A stretch of DNA of 64,000 bases. It comes from Mobula hypostoma (Eukaryota). Below, piece after piece: positions 13,435-27,289 of this stretch (the stretch's first letter is position 1; each line of letters begins with the position of its first letter). The translations under genes and the position numbers were made by a program. The stretch is taken from assembly GCF_963921235.1 (NCBI RefSeq), contig NC_086097.1, positions 209,872,001 through 209,936,000 on the forward strand, in the 5' to 3' direction. The notes under the pieces are model-generated. The model was not told where the DNA came from. It did no database searches and worked only from the letters and a program-made list of their open reading frames with translations.

Positions 13435-14150
13435 AAAACAAGAGACAATCTGCAGATACTGGAACTCAAAGCAACACACACAAAATGCAAGAGGAATTTG
13501 GCAGGCCATGCAGTACCAATGGAAAAAAGTACAGTCAACATTTCGGGCCAAGACCCTTCGGCAGGACTGGAGAAAAACAGATGAGATTTAAAAGGCGAGG
13601 GAGGGGAGAGAGAAACACAAGGTGATAGATGAAACCAGGAGTGGGAGGGATGAAGTGAAAAGCTGGGAAGTCGATCGGTGAAAGAAATACAGGGCTGGAG
13701 AAGGGGGAGTCTGATAGGAGAGGACAGAAGGCCATGGAAGAAAGAAAAGGTGGGAGGAGCACCAGAGGGAAGTGCTGGGCAGGTAAGGAGATAAGGTGAA
13801 AGAGGGAAAAGGGGATGGGGAATGGTGAAGGAGAGGTGGGGGGAGGGCATTATCGGAAGTGTGAGAAATCAATGTTTACGCCCTCAGGTTGGAGGCTACC
13901 CAGACGGAATATAAGGTGGTGTTCCTCCAACCTGAGTATGACCTTATTGCGACAGTAGAGGAGGCCGTGGATTGACATATTGGACTGGGAATGGGAAGTG
14001 GAATTAAAATGGGTGCCCACTGGGAGATCCCGTTTTTTCTGGCGGACAGAGCGTGGGTGTTTGGTGAAGCAGTCTCCCAATCTACATTGGGTCTCACTGA
14101 TATACAGAAGCCCACACCGGGAGCAGCGAACACAGTATATGACTCCAGTT
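13435..14150 (-). mobile_element. Penelope-like retroelement 3' fragment: GIY-YIG endonuclease, pyrimidine-rich tract, hammerhead-like motif and tail
   Basis: ORF 13850..14293 contains GVIYCVRCSRCGLLYISETQCRLGDCFTKH...LEEHHLIFRLGSLQPEGVNIDF* (GIY-YIG of Penelope-like elements). Downstream on minus is cagtcCTGCCGAagggtcttggcccGAAAtgttgactg at 13532-13569. Confidence 0.9.
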
Positions 14151-14154
14151 CTGA

Positions 14155-14660
14155 TATGTCTATCCATGGCCACATCAATTGTTATGCTTTGGAGAAAGTG
14201 AAGAGCACGCAGTTCCTTGGCGTGCACATAATGGACAATTAAATCTGGACCCGTCCTGTCTGGTTGCATTATTGTGTGGTATGGAAGCTGCAAGGTATTG
14301 GTCTGTAAAAACTGCCGAGAGGATTATCAGGGTCTCCCTCCCCACTATCTGTGACATTTAACAGATGCGTTGCTCACAAAGGGCACAAAGCATTGTTGAT
14401 GAACCCTATCACCCGTCTCACAATCTCCTTAACCCACCACCATCAGGAAGGTACAGAAGCATCAGGACTCGCTTTGCCAGACTGGGTAACAGCTTCTTCT
14501 CTCAGGCTTTGAGACTAATGAATACCCTGCCACCACTAAGATCTTGTCACTAGGCTATTTACAGTATTGTTTACTTGTGTTGTGCTTTACTACATGCATT
14601 TTGAATTATATTTTATTAACTTATTTATAGTATAATATTTTGGTTTATGTGCTGTGTGTG
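14155..14660 (+). mobile_element. Rex1/Babar-type LINE 3' fragment
   Basis: EKVKSTQFLGVHI, KTAERIIRVSLP and HPSHNLL..PPSGRYRSIRTR..RLGNSFF peptides across frames. Confidence 0.75.
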
Positions 14661-14669
14661 GGTGCTGTT

Positions 14670-15715
14670 TATTAACTACAGCTCAGCTTCTAACACAATC
14701 ATTCCTACAGGTCTCATCAAATAGCTCCAAAACCTAGGTCTCTGTAGCTCTCTCTGCAATTGGATCCTTGATAATCTTCAATGAAGTCCATAGTCTATGC
14801 AGATCAGAAAGAACATTACCATCTCACTGATAATCAACACTGGCGCACCTTGAGGATGTGTGCTTAGCCCACTGTTCTACTCTCTCTACACCCATGACTG
14901 TGTAACTAGGCACAGCTCAAACACAACTATTGTTCACAAAATTTCATATGGTGAGGACAGGGCAAAATATATCAGCTAGTTGAGTGCTGTCGCAGCCAAG
15001 GTCAGTAAGACCAAAGAATTGATTGTGGACTTCAGGAACAGTAAGAACAGGGAACACACACCAGTCCCTCATAGAGGGATCAGAAGTGGAGACAGTGAGC
15101 AATTTCAAGGTCCTGGGTGTCAACTTCTCTGAGGATTTCTCCTGGGCCGGGCATATCGATGCAGTTACAAAGAAGGAAGGACAGCAGCTATATTTCATTA
15201 TGAGTTTGAGGGGATTTGGTTATGTCATCAAAGACACTCGCAAACTTCTACAGATAAACTGCGGAAAGCATTCTAACTGGCTGCATCATTGTCTGGTATG
15301 GGGGTCACTACGCAAGATCAAAGTAAGTTGCAGAAAGTTCATGGATACTAGCCCCTCCAGCATTTAGAACATCGTCAAAAGGTGATGCAACAAAAAGGCA
15401 GCATCCATCATGAAGGACCCCCATCACCCAGGACATGCCCTCTTCTCATTGCTACCATCAGGGAGGAGGTACAGGAGCCTGAAGGCACACACTCAACAAT
15501 TCAGGGACAGTTTCTTCCCCCCTGCCATTACATTTCTGAATGGACATTGAAGCCATGAACACTACCTCACTACCTTTTCCCCTCTTTTTGTACTACTTTA
15601 TATGCTACTTATTGTAATTCACGGTTTTTATTATTATTTATGGCAATGTACTACTACCACATAACAACAAATTTCATGACATATTCCAGAGATTTTAAAC
15701 CTGATCTTGATTCTG
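14670..15715 (+). mobile_element. Rex1/Babar-type LINE, RT region to 3' tail, degenerate
   Basis: INTGAP.GCVLSPL, KTKELIVDFR and VETVSNFKVLGV motifs; 3' tail taaacctgatcttgattctgat. Confidence 0.8.
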
Positions 15716-16349
15716 ATGTTGTGTGGATACAACATGCCTGGAGGGACGTTGTTTTGTTTCATTATATATATGTACAGTCAGATGACAATAAACTTGAATT
15801 TGAACTTGAGTTTTTATTACATCGATGGATAAAATAATTGTTGCCTATATGTGTTGTTTGCTCATAGTATTTTTCTCCCTTCTCTCCTGTCCTTCTATGT
15901 ATGATTAAAAATTGACACACACTGCTGAAATTGCACCAAACATACTACTGGGCACTTCTAAGTACTGTCCATGTCAGTAAGCTGACATTTACACAGCAGC
16001 AAAGGCAGAAGAAATTCCATAATTACTTGCTTATCTTGTTCCTGGCTCTGAAATATTCTCCAAATAAAAAGGGTCCACAATAATCTGCACAAAATGGGGT
16101 CAGCAGAACTTTGTGGGGCAAAGGGCCTGAAGTATTGTGCGTAGTATTTTATGTTCTGTGTACTAATATATTGTCAGGGGATGGTGTCAGTAAAAGCACA
16201 ACATGCTAGTTTGTTGCTTTTTTCACAGAACGGAGACCTGACTTCAGAAGGCTAAGCTGGACTCCTTCAGAGATAGCAGCAGGTTGCCCAGGACCTTTCC
16301 AAACACCACAGAGTATGCGAAAAGAATTGTAGTAAAAGTAAGCCATTCT

Positions 16350-17080
16350 GTGGTGCCTCAGCAGTGGTGCTGCCAGCAGGTGTTTTGTGGCCATACAGAA
16401 TGGGTCAGAATGTTTAGGACAGGAAGCAAACTCCCACAAAGTCTTTTGATACATACAAAGTTTGCCTGTACCCCTCTGTTAAGCTATATATTTTTAGTTA
16501 CAGATATTCTAGCACTATGTGACATTCTTCAGGAAACCCCTCAGCCAGGCTCTCTCGCTAGCCTGGTTTACTCCTTCTCCGGCAATCAAGCTCATTTTAA
16601 TTCTTAACTTCATCACCGCAGAACTTTTCCCAACAGCTGCCACAGATCCTCTATGTGTCACAATCTGTGGCTCACTGAAGCATCAGTGAGCTCATCTAGA
16701 GACTGCATTCACAAAAAGAAGTGTGTGTTTTAACTATCTTGATTTTAGTGAACAATAGATGGTATCTCAGAACTTCCAACACCGCAGGCCTCCCAGGGGT
16801 GCAAATGGTCTCGACAATACTCATGCACACACAAGGGTTTTCCTTAATAACACAGATCATTTTGTGGACAAGAAAGGTTTCCACTCTCTCATTATGCAAT
16901 TTTATTTGAAATATGAAGGGAATTTCCTTATGGCGAATGCCATATTTCTGGGACACAGCCAAGATTTCTTCCTCTTGACGACATCTGTGCTGCTGCACAC
17001 TTCCGTCAGTAAGCACTGTCTGCCCAGTGGGATGGACTTGGTGAGAAGTAGGTCTATTAAAGCTCAGAAAACTTTGTGAC
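16350..17080 (+). mobile_element. PIF/Harbinger transposase relic
   Basis: Frameshifted peptides SPAIKLILILNFITAELF, VSQSVAH.SISEL, AGLPGVQ, GLDNTHA, FVDKKGFHSLIMQ and FLGHSQDFFLL follow the Harbinger/HARBI1 motif order (F.ATG.F / GISQ / GFP.V.GAIDCTH / NRKG.HS.NVQ / PGS.HD). Confidence 0.75.
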
Positions 17081-17804
17081 GGCCATGAACTACATATTAA
17101 TCTCAAATCCGAAATGACAGTCTAACTCCGATTCTCAATCACATCGAATTCAACATTTGAATCAGTCAATAGGATAAAGATGTCTTTCTTAGATTGTGTT
17201 TGAATGGTTAGTGACCATCTTATTTTGATGCCCCTTGGTTTCAGACATCTTGAAGATGGAATCGTCTGCTTTATCAAATGCCTTCATACTGAAAATAAAA
17301 CCACATGCAAATAGGAATACAAAACAAGATAGAAATGGCATTGGGGTCTTGAGAAATATGACAAAACAAATAAATATTTAGAATTTGCCTGGAACCCTTG
17401 CAGATGTTCTTGAAAGCTAACAACAGTGTAGACCCTAGACAACAATAGGGGTGATCTGCTATCAGAGGAAAGCCACTTGATTAGTGGTCTAGTCTTGAAC
17501 ACTGAATTGAACAGTGAATTGTTTGTTGGCACAAAGTAGCTATGAGTTAAAGGACCCTTTAAAACCATCAGCAACAGTTACAAGTTTGGTATATGTAACT
17601 GGATGCCAGAGAAGCTGATCGGAGCTGGAAAGTGTTTCTGTAAGAGCCAGCATAATTTCATTATTTTCTTGGACTGAGCACTGAGGAACGTTAGTTTTTA
17701 GCTTAAACAATAAGTGCATACAGCCCAAGCACATTATTGCTCTAAACCTTAATTTTCAGAAGACAATTAGGATTGCTGCTCCCAATAGTATTGGAAAAAT
17801 GTGC

Positions 17805-17900
17805 GTGGCACACACAAAATGCTGGAGGAACTTAGCAGGCCAGGCAGCATCTATGTAAAACAGCACAGTCGATAGCCCGAGCCGAAATCCTTCGGCAGGA
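17805..17900 (-). mobile_element. Short Penelope-like 3' end with a degraded hammerhead motif
   Basis: Family tail cacacaaaatgctggaggaacttagcaggccaggcagcatc; minus strand gtcCTGCCGAaggatttcgg...tcgactg. Confidence 0.7.
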
Positions 17901-18079
17901 CAAATGTGGAGGTGTTTCAGCCAGTTGATGTTGCAGATATGATCAGATATGACCTGCTGAGAAAAGATGCAGCAGTGCAGGCTGTGGCTTGTTCATCAAG
18001 ACCTGGTCACACAAATCCAATGAGAGTTTTCATCAGAAATTAGCTAACGACAGGAACCCGAAAAGGTCACTTAAGAATA

Positions 18080-18365
18080 GCACAATGGCACAGCTGGGTG
18101 GAGCTGCAGTCTCACTGCATTGGTGATCCAGGTTCAATTGTCAATCACTGATCGTGTGGAGTTTGCATGTTCTTCCTGTAACCATGTGGATTTCCTTCAG
18201 GTGCTCTGGTGTCTTCCCACACCCAAAGACATAGGTTAATTGGTCACCAGAAATGAATCCTCATGTGCAGTTGAATGGGAAAAACTAAATGGACGATAAA
18301 TAGGGATTGGTGTACTTGATAGTGAGGATTTCGTGGGCTGTAGGACTTGTTTCAAATCTGCATGA
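18080..18365 (+). mobile_element. tRNA-derived SINE (V-SINE/HE1-like)
   Basis: A-box-like tggcacagctgg, B-box-like ggttcaatt, and V-domain-like gtgtggagtttgcatgttct...ccttcaggtgctctgg..tcccacacccaaagac. Confidence 0.75.
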
Positions 18366-19717
18366 TTCTACATTGAGAAGCCTTGTTACTGATGTAAGAG
18401 AAATCAAGTTGCTGCCACTTCAACTTACAATAAAAATGACACATTGCACCAGCTGTCAGAACGTAACAGACACAAAGAATTATTGCCCACATCTTTTTCA
18501 GGATGGAGAAATATGCCTGCGAAACATATCCAGAGGTGTTAAATACCAGGGAATGATAATGTAACAAAGGAATGCATGCCTATAGTACTTACACAATTGA
18601 AAGTATTAGTGAAGACTATGGTGAATTTAAAACTGACATTGGCAAAATGTCCCAATCATTGCAATGCATATTGATACTGCAACAGGTGATCAGTGATAGG
18701 GTGAGACACACTTTGAGTTAAATTGAACTGAGAACAACACACTACCAAGTGCAGTTTCAGCAGTGGTGATACGAATTGCTTCTCAGGAATTCATTGGTGA
18801 TAACTGCAACAGATCATCCCAGAAGGAGATGAGGAGCAAACAGAGAGATCCGTTTCACTTGCTCACCCCAGATTCAACGCTGTGAGTTTGCAGACACCCA
18901 AGTGAACTGATGATGCGAGCTGAGGTGATATACACCTGCAAGAGTCAGTCCATGAATGGATCAGCAAGAAAGAATGGATCCATTGTTCAAGATGGTGAAT
19001 TTCATGGATTACAAAGAGACAATTGATTAGGTTACACAATTTAAAGCGATCATGGCTCAAAAGAAAATGGGAATAAGTGGATTGATTTTCTGATGACCAT
19101 TAGGTATCTGCATGAAAGCAAGAAGTACAAGGAGGTAAAGAGAGGATTTGGTACAAAGGACTAGCAATCATGGTGTGCAGAATGAATCAGCAGGCATTCC
19201 TTGCAAGACAGAAGCTGCCGGAGAAAGTTTTCAAACAATGAAAATCCTGGTTCCATTAGCATAACCAAGGCATCAAACAAATTGAGCTAAGAGTGGGATC
19301 ATGAGACCAAAGTGAAGACTTAGGAGCAAGAAAGAAATTAACAAATCGTGCTCTTGCTGCATCAGACAAATGGGATACTCCACTGGAACAGACCTGCTTA
19401 AAAATTTCTTCTGCTGCCAGTTGAGTTTATATCCACCCTCTCTTTGCTAATATCTCCAAGTAAGCCAATTGATTTTTTCAGCCATCTTTTCAACATGCTC
19501 TGCCACCTGTAGTATAACTGAGGATCAAGGTCTTGTTGTTTACAGAGCTTTTCAAAACTGTGCCGCATGGGAGTCAAAATCATTTAACTGTTGAGGCTGA
19601 CTTTGACAAACTGCCTGTATTTATTGCTTCTGTAAAAGGCTACTAGTGAATAAATATGCACCATAATTCAATCTGGTATAAAGCTGCTTTTTCTGATCAA
19701 TGATCATCTTATGAAAC

Positions 19718-21250
19718 GTCTCCAGGTCCGGACAAGATATTCCCTAGGACTTTGAGGGAAGTTAGTATAGAAATAACAGGGGCTCTAACAGAAATATTTC
19801 AAATGTCATTAGAAACGGGGATGGTGCCGGAGGATTGGCATATTGCTCATGTGGTTCCATTGTTTTAAAAGGGTTCCAAGAGTAAACCCGGCAATTATCG
19901 GCCCGTGAGTTTGACGTCAGTGGTGGGTAAATTGATGGAAAGTATTCGTAGAGATGGTATATATAATTTTCTGGATAGACAGGGTCCGATTAGAAACAGT
20001 CAACAGCGTGGAAGGTCATGTTTGACAAATCTTATTGAATTTTTTGATGAGGTTACTAAGAAAGTTGACGAGGGTAAAACGGTGGATGTTGTCTAAATGG
20101 ACTTCAGTAAGGCCTTTGACAAGGTGCCACACGGAAGGTTAGTTAGGAAGGTTCAATCGTTAGGCATTAATATGGAAGTAGTAAAATGGATTCAGCAGTG
20201 GCTAGATGGGAGACGCCAGAGAGTAGTGGTGGATAACTGTGTGTCATATTGGAGGACGGTGTGTAGCGGTGTGCCTCAGGGATCTGTACTGGGTCCAATG
20301 TTGTTTGTAATATACATTAATGATCTAGATGATGGGGTGGTAAATTGGATTAGCAAGTATGCAGATGATACTGAGATAGGTGGTGTTGTGGGTGATGAGG
20401 TAGGTTTTCAAAACTTGCATAGAGGTTTAGGACAGTTAGAAGAGTGGGCTGAAAGATGGCAGATGGAGTTTAATGCTGAAAAATGTGGTAGAACTAATCA
20501 AAATAGGACATACATGGTAAATGGTAGGGCATTAAAGAATGCTTTAGAACAGAGGGATCTAGGAATAATGGTGCATAGTTCCCTGAAGATGGAATCTCAT
20601 GTGGATAGGGTGGTGAAGAAAGCTTTTGGTTTGCTGGCCTTTATTAATCAGAGCATTGAGTGTAGGAGTTGGGATGTAATGTTGAATTTGTATAAGGCAT
20701 TGGTAAGGCCAAATCTGGAGTACTGTGTACAGTTCTGGTCACCGAATTATAGGAAGGATGTCAATAAAATTGAGAGAGTACGGAGGAGGTTTACTAAAAT
20801 GTTGCCTGGGTTTCATCTAAGTTACAGAGAAAGGTTGAACAAGTTAGGTCTTTATTCTTTGGAGTGTAGGAGGTTGAGGGGAGACTTGATAGAGGTGTTT
20901 AAAATTATGAGGGCGATTGATAGAGTTGACGTGGTTAGACTTTTTCCATTGAGAGTGGGGAAGATTCAAACAAGAGGACATGGGTTGAGAATTAGAGGAC
21001 AAAAGTTTAGGGGTAACATGAAGGGGAACTTATTTACTCAGAGAGTGGTAGCTGTGTGGAATGAGCTTCCAGCAGAAGTGGTTGAGGCCGGTTCTATGTT
21101 TTCATTTAAAGTTAAATTGGATAGATATATGGACAGGAAAGGAATGGAGGTATATGGGCTGAGTGCAGGTCGGTGGGAATAGGATAGGGTAAGAGTTTGG
21201 CACGAGGTGGCCTGTTTCCGTGCTGTAATTGTTATATGGTTATATGTTGT
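19718..21250 (+). mobile_element. CR1 LINE, 5'-truncated, RT domain largely open
   Basis: ORFs 19905..20096 and 20097..21182 contain [40 protein letters not shown] and LVRPNLEYCVQFWSP. In-frame stop and small deletions; 3' tail gttatatggttatatg. Confidence 0.95.
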
Positions 21251-21484
21251 GTGCATACTGTTAAAATCCAGATATAAATTCAGACAGGATGATGAAAGTG
21301 AACCGACTGTTCCCCATAGAATGCAATGTTGTATTTTTCAGTGTAGCAGTCCATACTTCAGACTGTATAGAACAAGCATGCTTACCTCTAGTAGCTGTCT
21401 TTTATGTTAAGTACATGAAAAGTCTGAATTGAAAGTCTGGGAGGCAAACTGGATAGCAGCAGTAAACAAGCACATAGATTGTGA

Positions 21485-21610
21485 ACAACAGGAATTCTGC
21501 AGATGCTGGAAATTCAAGCAACACACATCAAAGTTGCTGGTGAACGCAGCAGGCCAAGCAGCATCTGTAGGAAGAGGTGCAGTCGACGTTTCAGGCCGAG
21601 ACCCTTCGTC
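21485..21610 (-). mobile_element. Young short Penelope-like 3' end with an intact hammerhead core
   Basis: 9-bp TSD agattgtga at 21476-21484 and 21611-21619. Minus strand CTGACGAagggtctcggcctGAAACGTCgactg at 21580-21612; CpGs retained. Confidence 0.85.
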
Positions 21611-21777
21611 AGATTGTGATTCACGATTAGGGCACTTCCATAAGAGCCAGGGCAGTCTGAACACCTATTTCAATCTACCTACAACATAGTGTGAGTCCAA
21701 CATCCAATCAGTACAAAGCATGTTGTTGAATGCCATGATACATCAACATGGAAATAGTTAATACCAGATCAAGGCAG

Positions 21778-22344
21778 TGTAACCCTCAGGTTCTGTCAGC
21801 TGTGTTAGTCTAGGGAAGGCAGTCTCTGGCCAAACGTATGAGACGTGCAAAACCTCCTGTTTGTGTGGATGCTGTGTGAGCTGTTCCCCTGTTACAAATC
21901 AGTGCCATGAAATAACCGACAGTACACCATATGCAATTAAACAATTTAGCTTTATAATTCTTAATTTGAGTAAAGGGTTAGTAAAGTAAAACAAAAAGAA
22001 AAAGGCCCATTTTAAATGAAACAGTCTAACGTGCACAAGTTGGAGCTCACGGTTTTGGTTCTGTTGGTCCTCCATCGATTTCCCTGGCCTTTGTCAACTC
22101 CCGGCCCCACTCCATGTCCACTTTTTTCTGGCATCTATGACCTCTCCATTCTAGCATCTTCTCTCCTCATCTTCTGCCGAACAAAATACCCAGATCACCT
22201 CAGTCTTAGGCACACAACAAGAAAGAAACACTCCCTTCATTGGACAGCGCACATTCCAAAGCCCCCGTTATCTCTAGCCGTAACCCAAACACTGCTGCTA
22301 CCGAAAAACCACCACATTAGCAGTGAAACCTTTCCCAGCTTATA
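21778..22344. mobile_element. Probable solo LTR related to 27604-29159
   Basis: Starts TGTAACCC and shares blocks (agcttta, aaaagaaaaaggccc, tgcacaagttggagctca, cattggac) with the 27.6-29.1 kb copies. Right end degenerate; no TSD seen. Confidence 0.55.
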
Positions 22345-25324
22345 TTTCATAATGCTCGCCTGCTCAAAATGGATAATGTTCTGGCTGCTACAGTTTGAAT
22401 AGTCGCAGAAATTTGCTCTACTGAACTTGTTTTTGCATATTACTGGGGCCACCAAGAACAATATTAGATTTTCAATCAAAAGTTATTTGATTACTTGAAT
22501 CTAAATTCTCCAGCAATTTTAGTGGAATTCATTGTATGTTATTGAATCAATAATCCTCGAGAAACTAGTGTAATAATTAAATTCTGCTTGTAAACTTGCA
22601 TAATATGCAGAAATTAGAGGCACATCTTGAGAAGCATCGTGTGTTCCCATGCTTTGTGGTGCAAGCAGCAAGATTCTTGTTTGAGCATGCTAATGATCCT
22701 CGATCTGATTGTGGGTGGCAGCAGAGCATTAGGTCAACATATTGCTCTGTTGTGCACAAGGTGTGGTCTAGATTCAAAATCTAGATAGGTCTTGTTACTT
22801 GGTATCCAGTTTTTTTTTGTAAAGATTGCTCTAACACAGAAGGCCAGAATTATTGCTGAAAGCACATTAATCATTATTAAGTGCAAAGATCTGAGAATGG
22901 TCATAGAAAAACTGTACACAGAAGGAATAGATATCCTTCTGGGTATAACACACCTCTATAATCAAACGTGGTACCTATAAAACAAAGAGATTACAGTCCA
23001 TAACACAGAGCTGTGTACTTGAACTGTCTGCTGCACTTTACAAATGAAAGTAGTTTGCATTCAAATCTCTTGGATAAAATAACATCTGTGACATTGTGCA
23101 TTAGCGATAGACAAGCCCAGAATGAAGCCATTGTATAGAAGTGAACAGCCATCTTCCTCTTACACACACGTATAATAGCAGTTCATACTACGGCTCAAAT
23201 CAAGAGTGTGGCATATCCTATTAAAGGCTTCCTTGCAACATTGTGGTTATCTTGTGCTTTGTTTCTCACACATAACTGCAGTGTACTTTACACATGGTGC
23301 ACACTGCAGCCACAGTGCATCAGGTAATGAGGTCAGTACCAAAAACTGGCTGCTCTATTGTGGATCTGTTGAACGTCTTGATTGTTGTTGGAACTGGACT
23401 CCTCCAAGTTCAAGTTCAAGTTTATTGGCATTCAACAGTTTGGGGGGGGGGACTTTCATTGATCCTATTATAGTTATTATTCTATAGACTTATTGAGTAT
23501 GCCAGTAAGAAAATAAATCACAGGGTTATATATGGTGACATATATATACCTTGATGATAAAATTTAATTTTAACTTTGAACTTTGAACGATAAACAACAT
23601 TCCTCCAGACCAAGATACACACCATAGTACATACAACTCACCCGTAGTAATATTACCACAAATAACTTACAACACAAAGTAATATTACCACAAATAACTT
23701 ACAAATAATATATTCCAGAAGACTGACTCTTAGCATAGGGTAATTTAAAAGGTAAATGGTGTAACATTACCAGCGCTTCATACGTTATGAGATCTGGGTG
23801 GTGGCAGGGAGTTCAGTAGTCTCATGGCCTGGGGGTAAAAGCTGCTTCCCAGGCCGCTGCATTGCTCCTGATAAATATCTCAGATGGGTGGAAGAGAGAC
23901 CTCAATTGTCCTTTCAGCAGTTCTCACACTCCTTAGTAGGGGCTTGCAGCTCAGATGCCTTGCAATCCAGGCAAGTGTATTGCATTATGTTCACAACTTA
24001 TGCTCTGTAGTGGGGAAACAGTTTTGAGATATCAGGAGGGGAGTCATTGATATCAGGAGGGGAGTCATGATATAATATTTATATGGCTGGGTCAGGTGAA
24101 ATTCTGATGAATGCTGAGCCCTAGGATATTTATGGTGGATGAGTAGGCAATCATAATGATATTGAATATCAAGCAAAAGTTGTTAGACTTTCTTCTGTTA
24201 AAGATAGTTGCCCCTTATAGGACCTTGTCATAATGTTGTCTACACCTTACTGCGTGTACTGTAACTATGGACTTCTTAATTTGCTGTAGGTTTGAAATGG
24301 AATGGAATATCATGTAATCTTCATCAAACACCCACATTTCTGATCTTATGATGAAAAGTAGATTATCCAATGTTTCTCAAGGCACCTTACATTCTAAGTG
24401 AAAGGACTCTGACGCATCTGTACATGAGATCAACGGTAATGGCAAGCACCTTAGACAAAATAACCAGAAGGATCACCTTGATCCCAGTCCACATTTCGCA
24501 TTTCTGTCCACACCAGCCCTGCAGCTATATGGTTCCCATCACACAGCTTCTGACAACTCTGCCCACTTTTATGAAGTTCGATGATCATCGGCGATGAATC
24601 AGCTGTAGCTGGTACAGGTAGGGTCCTTGCCTACCTCCAGGGTCACGTCAAATGCTCATGGAAAAAAGAAAAATAAGCAAAATTACTTAAACTTCCCTTT
24701 AAATGAAGGCTGTTATTAATCTGATGGGTCAAACATGAGGTGTTTCTGGCTGCTCTTCTCAATAATTTACAGAACACCATATACTGAGTAAGGTTGGATA
24801 ACCATACATCTGAAATCTCCAATACCAGCAATGACCTTGGGCACATATCTGAGCTCCAGTATATTACTTACTTCTTCAGTGCAGTGCATAAACCCAGAAA
24901 TCTGGAACAAAATGATACACTCAATCTAGCATTTCCTTCCAAATCCACAGGCTGCCCTTCAGTGTGCAACCACTCAGCCTTCTTCCACACCCAGGACACC
25001 ACTCCCTGTGGAGGCACCAAGCAGAAAGAAGCCTACAAGAACCAAACTCCAGGCCACATGAAGCATCCCTCAGTAGAAATCAATCAGAAACAAACCTAGA
25101 AATACATGACGAATCTTCTAACTGTCACAGATGGACAAGCAGGGGAGCAATTCCTTCTCCTGAACATTCCATTCTCCTTTCATACTGAAGACATGCTGTC
25201 AGCCAACCTTATCTAACCTTTTCTTAAACGTTGAACTGAAACCCACATTTACCACTTCTGTTCCTAATTCCACACACTCTCCACTCTCAGAGTGAAGAAG
25301 TTTCCCCCTCATGTTCCTCTTAAG

Positions 25325-27280
25325 CTATAAAACCATAAGACATAGGAGCAGAATTAGGCTATTTGGCCCATTGAGTCTGCTCCACCATTCAATCATGGCT
25401 GATCTTTTTCTCCCTTCCTTAGCCCCATGCCCTGGCCTTCTCCCTGAGGCCAATCAAGAACTTATCAATTTATGCTTTAAATACACCCAACGACCTGGAC
25501 TCCACAGCTGCCTGTGGTAACAGATTCCACAATTTCACTGCCCTCTGGCTAAAGAGATTTCTCCACATCCCTGTTTTAAATGGATGCCCCTCTATCCCGA
25601 GGCTGTGCCCACTTGTCCTAGATTCCCCCATCATGGGAAACACCCTTTCTACATCTACTCTGTCTAGGCCTTTCAGCATTTAAAAGTTTCAATGAGATTC
25701 CACCCCCCACCCCATCTTTCTAAATTCCAGTGAGTAGAGGCCCAGAGCCATCAAGCATTCCTTATATGATAACCCTTTCATTCTCAGAGTTATCCTTATG
25801 AATCTCCTCCGAACCCTCTCCAATGCCAGCACATCTTTTCTTAGGTAAGGAGACGAAAACAGTTTTCAAAACACAAGGTGAGTTTATAAGGCACTCACCA
25901 GTGCCTTATAAAGCTTCAACATCACATCCCTGTTCTTGTATTCAAGACTTCTTGAAATGAATGCTAACACTGCATTTGCCTTCCTCACCACCGACTATCT
26001 GCAAGTTAACCTTTAGGGTACTCTGCACAAGGACTCCCGTGTCCCTTTGCATCTCAGATGTTTGGACTTTCTCCCCATTTAGATAATAGTCTGCACATTT
26101 ATAATCTACTACCAAAGTGCATGACCATGCATTTTCCAACATTGGATTTCATTTGCCACTTTCTTACCTATTCTCTTAATCTGTCAGAGTCCTTCTGCAG
26201 CCTTCCTGCCCATCTACCAATCTTCATATCATCTGAAAACTTGGCAACAAAGCCATCTACTCCAACATCTAAATCATCGATAAACAGCATAAAAAGAAGT
26301 GGTCCCAACACCAACCCCTGTGGAACATAACTAGTCGGTGGCAGGCAACCAGAAGAGGATCTTTTTATTCCCACTCTCTGCTCCTACCAATCATCCAATG
26401 CTCTAACCATGTTAGTAACTTTCCTGTAATACCATGGGCTCTTACCTTGGTAAGCAGCCTCACGTGTGGCACCTTGTCAAAGGCCTTCTGAAAATCCAAA
26501 TATAGAACATCCACTGCATCCCCTTTATCTATCCTACTTGTAATCTCCTGAAACAATTCCAACAGGTTGATTAGACAACATTTTCCCTTAAAGAAACCAT
26601 GTTGACTTTGTCCTATTCTTGTCCTGTGGCACCAAGTAGTCCATAACATCATCCTTAACAATTGACTCCAACATCTTCCCAACCACTGAGGTCAGTCTAA
26701 TTGGTCTATAATTTCCTTTGTGCTTTCTCCCTCCTTTCTTAAAGAGTGGAGTGATACTTGGAATTTTTCAGTTTTCCAGAAAGAACCCTAGGATGCAGTT
26801 CATCTGGTCCAGGAGACTTATGTACCTTTAGGTCTTTCAGCTTTTTGAGCATCTTCTCCCTTGTAGTAGTAACTGCACTCACTTCTCTTCCCTCACACTC
26901 TTCAACACCTGTCACACTAATAGAGCCTTCCACAGTTAAGACTGATGCAAAATATTCACTTAGTTCATATTCCACCTCCTTGTCCCCCGTTATTATTTCT
27001 CTGGCCTCATTTTCTAGTGGTCCTATGTCCATTCTCATCTTTTATTTATTGAAAAAACTTTTTCTATCCACTTTGATATTGTTTGCTAGCTTGCTTTCAT
27101 ATTTCATCTTTTCCCTCCTAATGATTTTTAGTTGCTTTAAAAGCTTCCCATTCCTCTAACTTCCCACTAATTTTTGCTTTGTTGTATGTCCTTTCTTTTG
27201 CTTTTACATTAGCTTTGGCTTTTCTTGTCAGCCATTGTTATACTATTTTGCCATTTGAGTAATTGTTTGTTTTTGGAATA
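25325..27280 (-). mobile_element. CR1 LINE ORF2 (RT) and 3' tail, degenerate
   Basis: Minus-strand ORFs with KSPGPDELHPRVL, DFQKAFDKVPH, VPQGLVLGP, KFSDD and LKGLDRVDVER. Confidence 0.92.
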
Positions 27281-27289
27281 CACCATCGG

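Noticed and set aside
13278..13872. Pro/Ser/Leu/Phe-rich ORFs here and at 33319-33868 and 61088-61619
   Set aside because: By-products of the stop-poor pyrimidine tract in Penelope-like 3' regions.
16639..16691. Two adjacent 9-bp hairpins as a structured RNA
   Set aside because: They lie within the Harbinger coding relic; short stems of this size can arise by chance.
18560..19380. Possible second Harbinger transposase relic (EKVFKQ*KSWF resembling ERxFGxLKxRF)
   Set aside because: Only one or two weak motifs; cannot be supported without an HMM search.
20097..21182. 361-aa ORF as a host gene or active reverse transcriptase
   Set aside because: It is a 5'-truncated CR1 ORF2 with an in-frame stop immediately upstream, small deletions and no endonuclease.
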